Assembly (NCBI GenBank): GCA_030704615.1
Contig: CM060732.1
Span: forward strand, 51,274,001-51,338,000
Length of the DNA stretch: 64,000 bases
Direction of reading: 5' to 3'
Source: Takakia lepidozioides
Lineage: Eukaryota; Plantae; Bryophyta
In this document: one piece after another, positions 61,875-64,000 of the stretch
Layout of the letters: every line of letters begins with the position of its first letter
Position numbering within the stretch: position 1 is the first letter of the stretch
Program-made: the position numbers and the translations under genes
The notes under the pieces: generated by a model
Told to the model about the DNA's origin: nothing
Seen by the model: only the letters and a program-made list of their open reading frames with translations
Databases searched by the model: none

Positions 61875-64000
61875 AAGCAGGCAATGGAAAACTGCATACG
61901 CAGCTCCCAAAAGCCATTTGCCAGCAGTAGATATAGCAAACTGCAGACACAAGGGGGCAGAAAGTCTTGTTGCTGCACTGTTTCCATTCACAGTTTACCA
62001 GATACCATGTTGTGTTCTTGACCACTCATACTGGCAAGTGTTGCCAATTGAGAGTGGTTAGGTGTTGCAGATGAGGAAACAGCTATTCTCATGTTACATG
62101 GGTGTTGAGCATAATCAATCCCACTTCGGTCATCCTCTCTTTCGTTCTCATGGGCCATGGGGCCTCAGGGCCCCTGTTGGCCGCTACAAAAATTGTTTCT
62201 TTGACTCTAAGTTGAAATTGTAGCTTTGTAGTTCTGGTGGCTGATCATTTGGGGGCCCACTTTTCTGTCCTGATTACTCTTTCCTTCGTCCCATAAGCTC
62301 TTTGAACTTCCTGCAGAAATTATAAAATTCCTTCCTTTCTTACCCTTTTCTCAAGTAATGCAGTCTATGGCGACAAGGCTATGGCAAACAGTGTCTTATT
62401 AGTACATTCGCTTGATAATGGTGGTACCATTAGAATAACACTAGTTTTTTTGCTGTCGCCTAGCCCTGTATGCTACTGACTTTAGAACCCACTCCCATCC
62501 AATGTCACCCTTGGATTTGATACCAGCCAGAGTGAAGCTAAGTCTTGCACACCTTGACACTGACTAGGAGATCGTGTGAAAGGTCAGACTCATATTTTTA
62601 CCTCATTAATCTTGCATACTTGCAAGACTCTGACACGTCATCATGGGGCAGCACAGCCCACTTCTGAAGGCAGTTTTACAAGAAAGACAGTGTATGCATC
62701 CTGTCCGTCCCATCGGTGTGCTGGAGCGTCCTCCCCTCCCTGCGTTTCTTCCTTTCTCAGTGGTTTGGCTGTTGTCAAGGCTAAACACGCAGTGCTTTTA
62801 GCCATATTCTCTGACTTACACGCCTGGCAGGAGCCTTCCTTGTGGATGATAGAACAGAAGTTGGGCTAACCGTGCATGCAAGCATACCACTGCTGGGCCA
62901 GCATCTGTTTGCTGGCAGGGCCCACCAACCAGATTGAACAGACAAATTAAACATGCCTTAAGTAAATCTATGCTCCACGTTCCCATGAGCAGAAAACCAT
63001 CTTCCAATACAAAGGAGCTCTCTCCTCTCTTTCAAAGTGAGTGTATTCCACTATAATTTCCACACAAACTTTGTATGAATACGAACTTCTATGATGCAGC
63101 GCTGTGATCTCAGATTTGCATAGTCCTATATCAACAGAGGATCTGTCTCTGGTTTTTGCTTTCAGAAGGAAGTTGTGGGTCATTTCCTTAGTACAACATG
63201 GATGCTGGACAAAGCTCTAAGACATTGACAACTTCACATTGTGTTACACACTGTTACTATAAGTGTTGCGATTCTTCTGTATCCAATTTTCACACAGCCA
63301 AGAATACACAATGTACCCCCCCACTGCACTATGAGGTTATGACCTATTACAAGTCCTTCCCCATTCTTAGAGGGGTACAATCCAGGAAATGTGGCCAGGT
63401 CATTCAGCATATGACGAGCAGCAGGCAATCCAGCAAATTTCTGGGAGAAACAATCTCAGGGCTTACAAATTCTCTTCTATTGCTACAGGTAGAAAGTCTG
63501 AAGGTCTAGTAAACAATGTTTAAACCAACGTACTACCAGCTCTTATAAAACACAACATGAGCTCAAGCCTATCTTGTTATCCTAAGAAATTACAACCACC
63601 GCAGATATGATCCAGGCAACATGTAATCAGGTCCAAACTATATGAAGGCTAAATGAGTCCTCGAAAAGACCCATCACAAACACAGGGGACAGCTAATACC
63701 CATCCCACTCAAGAGCCAGCTCTGGGACTCGGTGAGGAGCAGCCTTGCTCAATGCACTGTCAAAAGAAAAGAACAATTAACAATTCGCCGTCACCGACTG
63801 TCCTCCAATATGGGCACATGAACAGATTACTCAATTCGGTTACAACCAAAACGTCCAAAGGAACTCTTGAATTTTACTCGGACTCTTGTCCTATTCCAAT
63901 AAGGGGACAGATCAAACATCTTTGGCCTGGGTCTGTTATGAATACAAAATGCATTGTATGGCCACAACCTCAGTGCACCAAGATATGTCATGAGACTGCT

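Noticed and set aside
62000-64000. Exons of a further gene
   Set aside because: Only short ORFs without recognisable motifs or a consistent splice chain.

Overview
Eukaryotic genomic DNA, most likely from a non-seed land plant (bryophyte-like). This is inferred from plant-type GT-AG introns, a cytosolic class I aldolase, a cilia-associated TTLL6/13-type tubulin glutamylase and moss-type transposons. Positions 1 to ~48.2 kb are a nested transposon graveyard: Ty3/gypsy remnants, a CACTA remnant, a full-length but decayed self-priming chromovirus (18344-24532), Sola/TnpA-like fragments, and a pogo-like DDE element (39914-46893). The pogo-like element carries a structurally complete piggyBac (40491-44530; TTAA TSDs, 14-bp TIRs, 703-aa ORF). 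Positions ~50-62 kb are a gene island: FBA (2 exons, 358 aa) and a 9-exon TTLL gene (941 aa, one GC-AG intron). The most interesting signals are three. (1) Inside the piggyBac 3' region there is a cassette of two 52-nt anticodon-less tRNA-like structures with a compensatory base change, flanking hairpins, Pol III A/B-box matches and a TTTT terminator. (2) A gypsy-type retroelement (12474-16543) has split-direct-repeat architecture (A1...B1-A2-B2) yet integrase-type ends and a 4-bp TSD, and its polyprotein breaks off at what looks like motif I of a C5 DNA methyltransferase. (3) There is an array of ~14 hairpin repeats with AT-rich spacers at 1.0-2.8 kb. All calls were made by eye, with no database searches or folding software.
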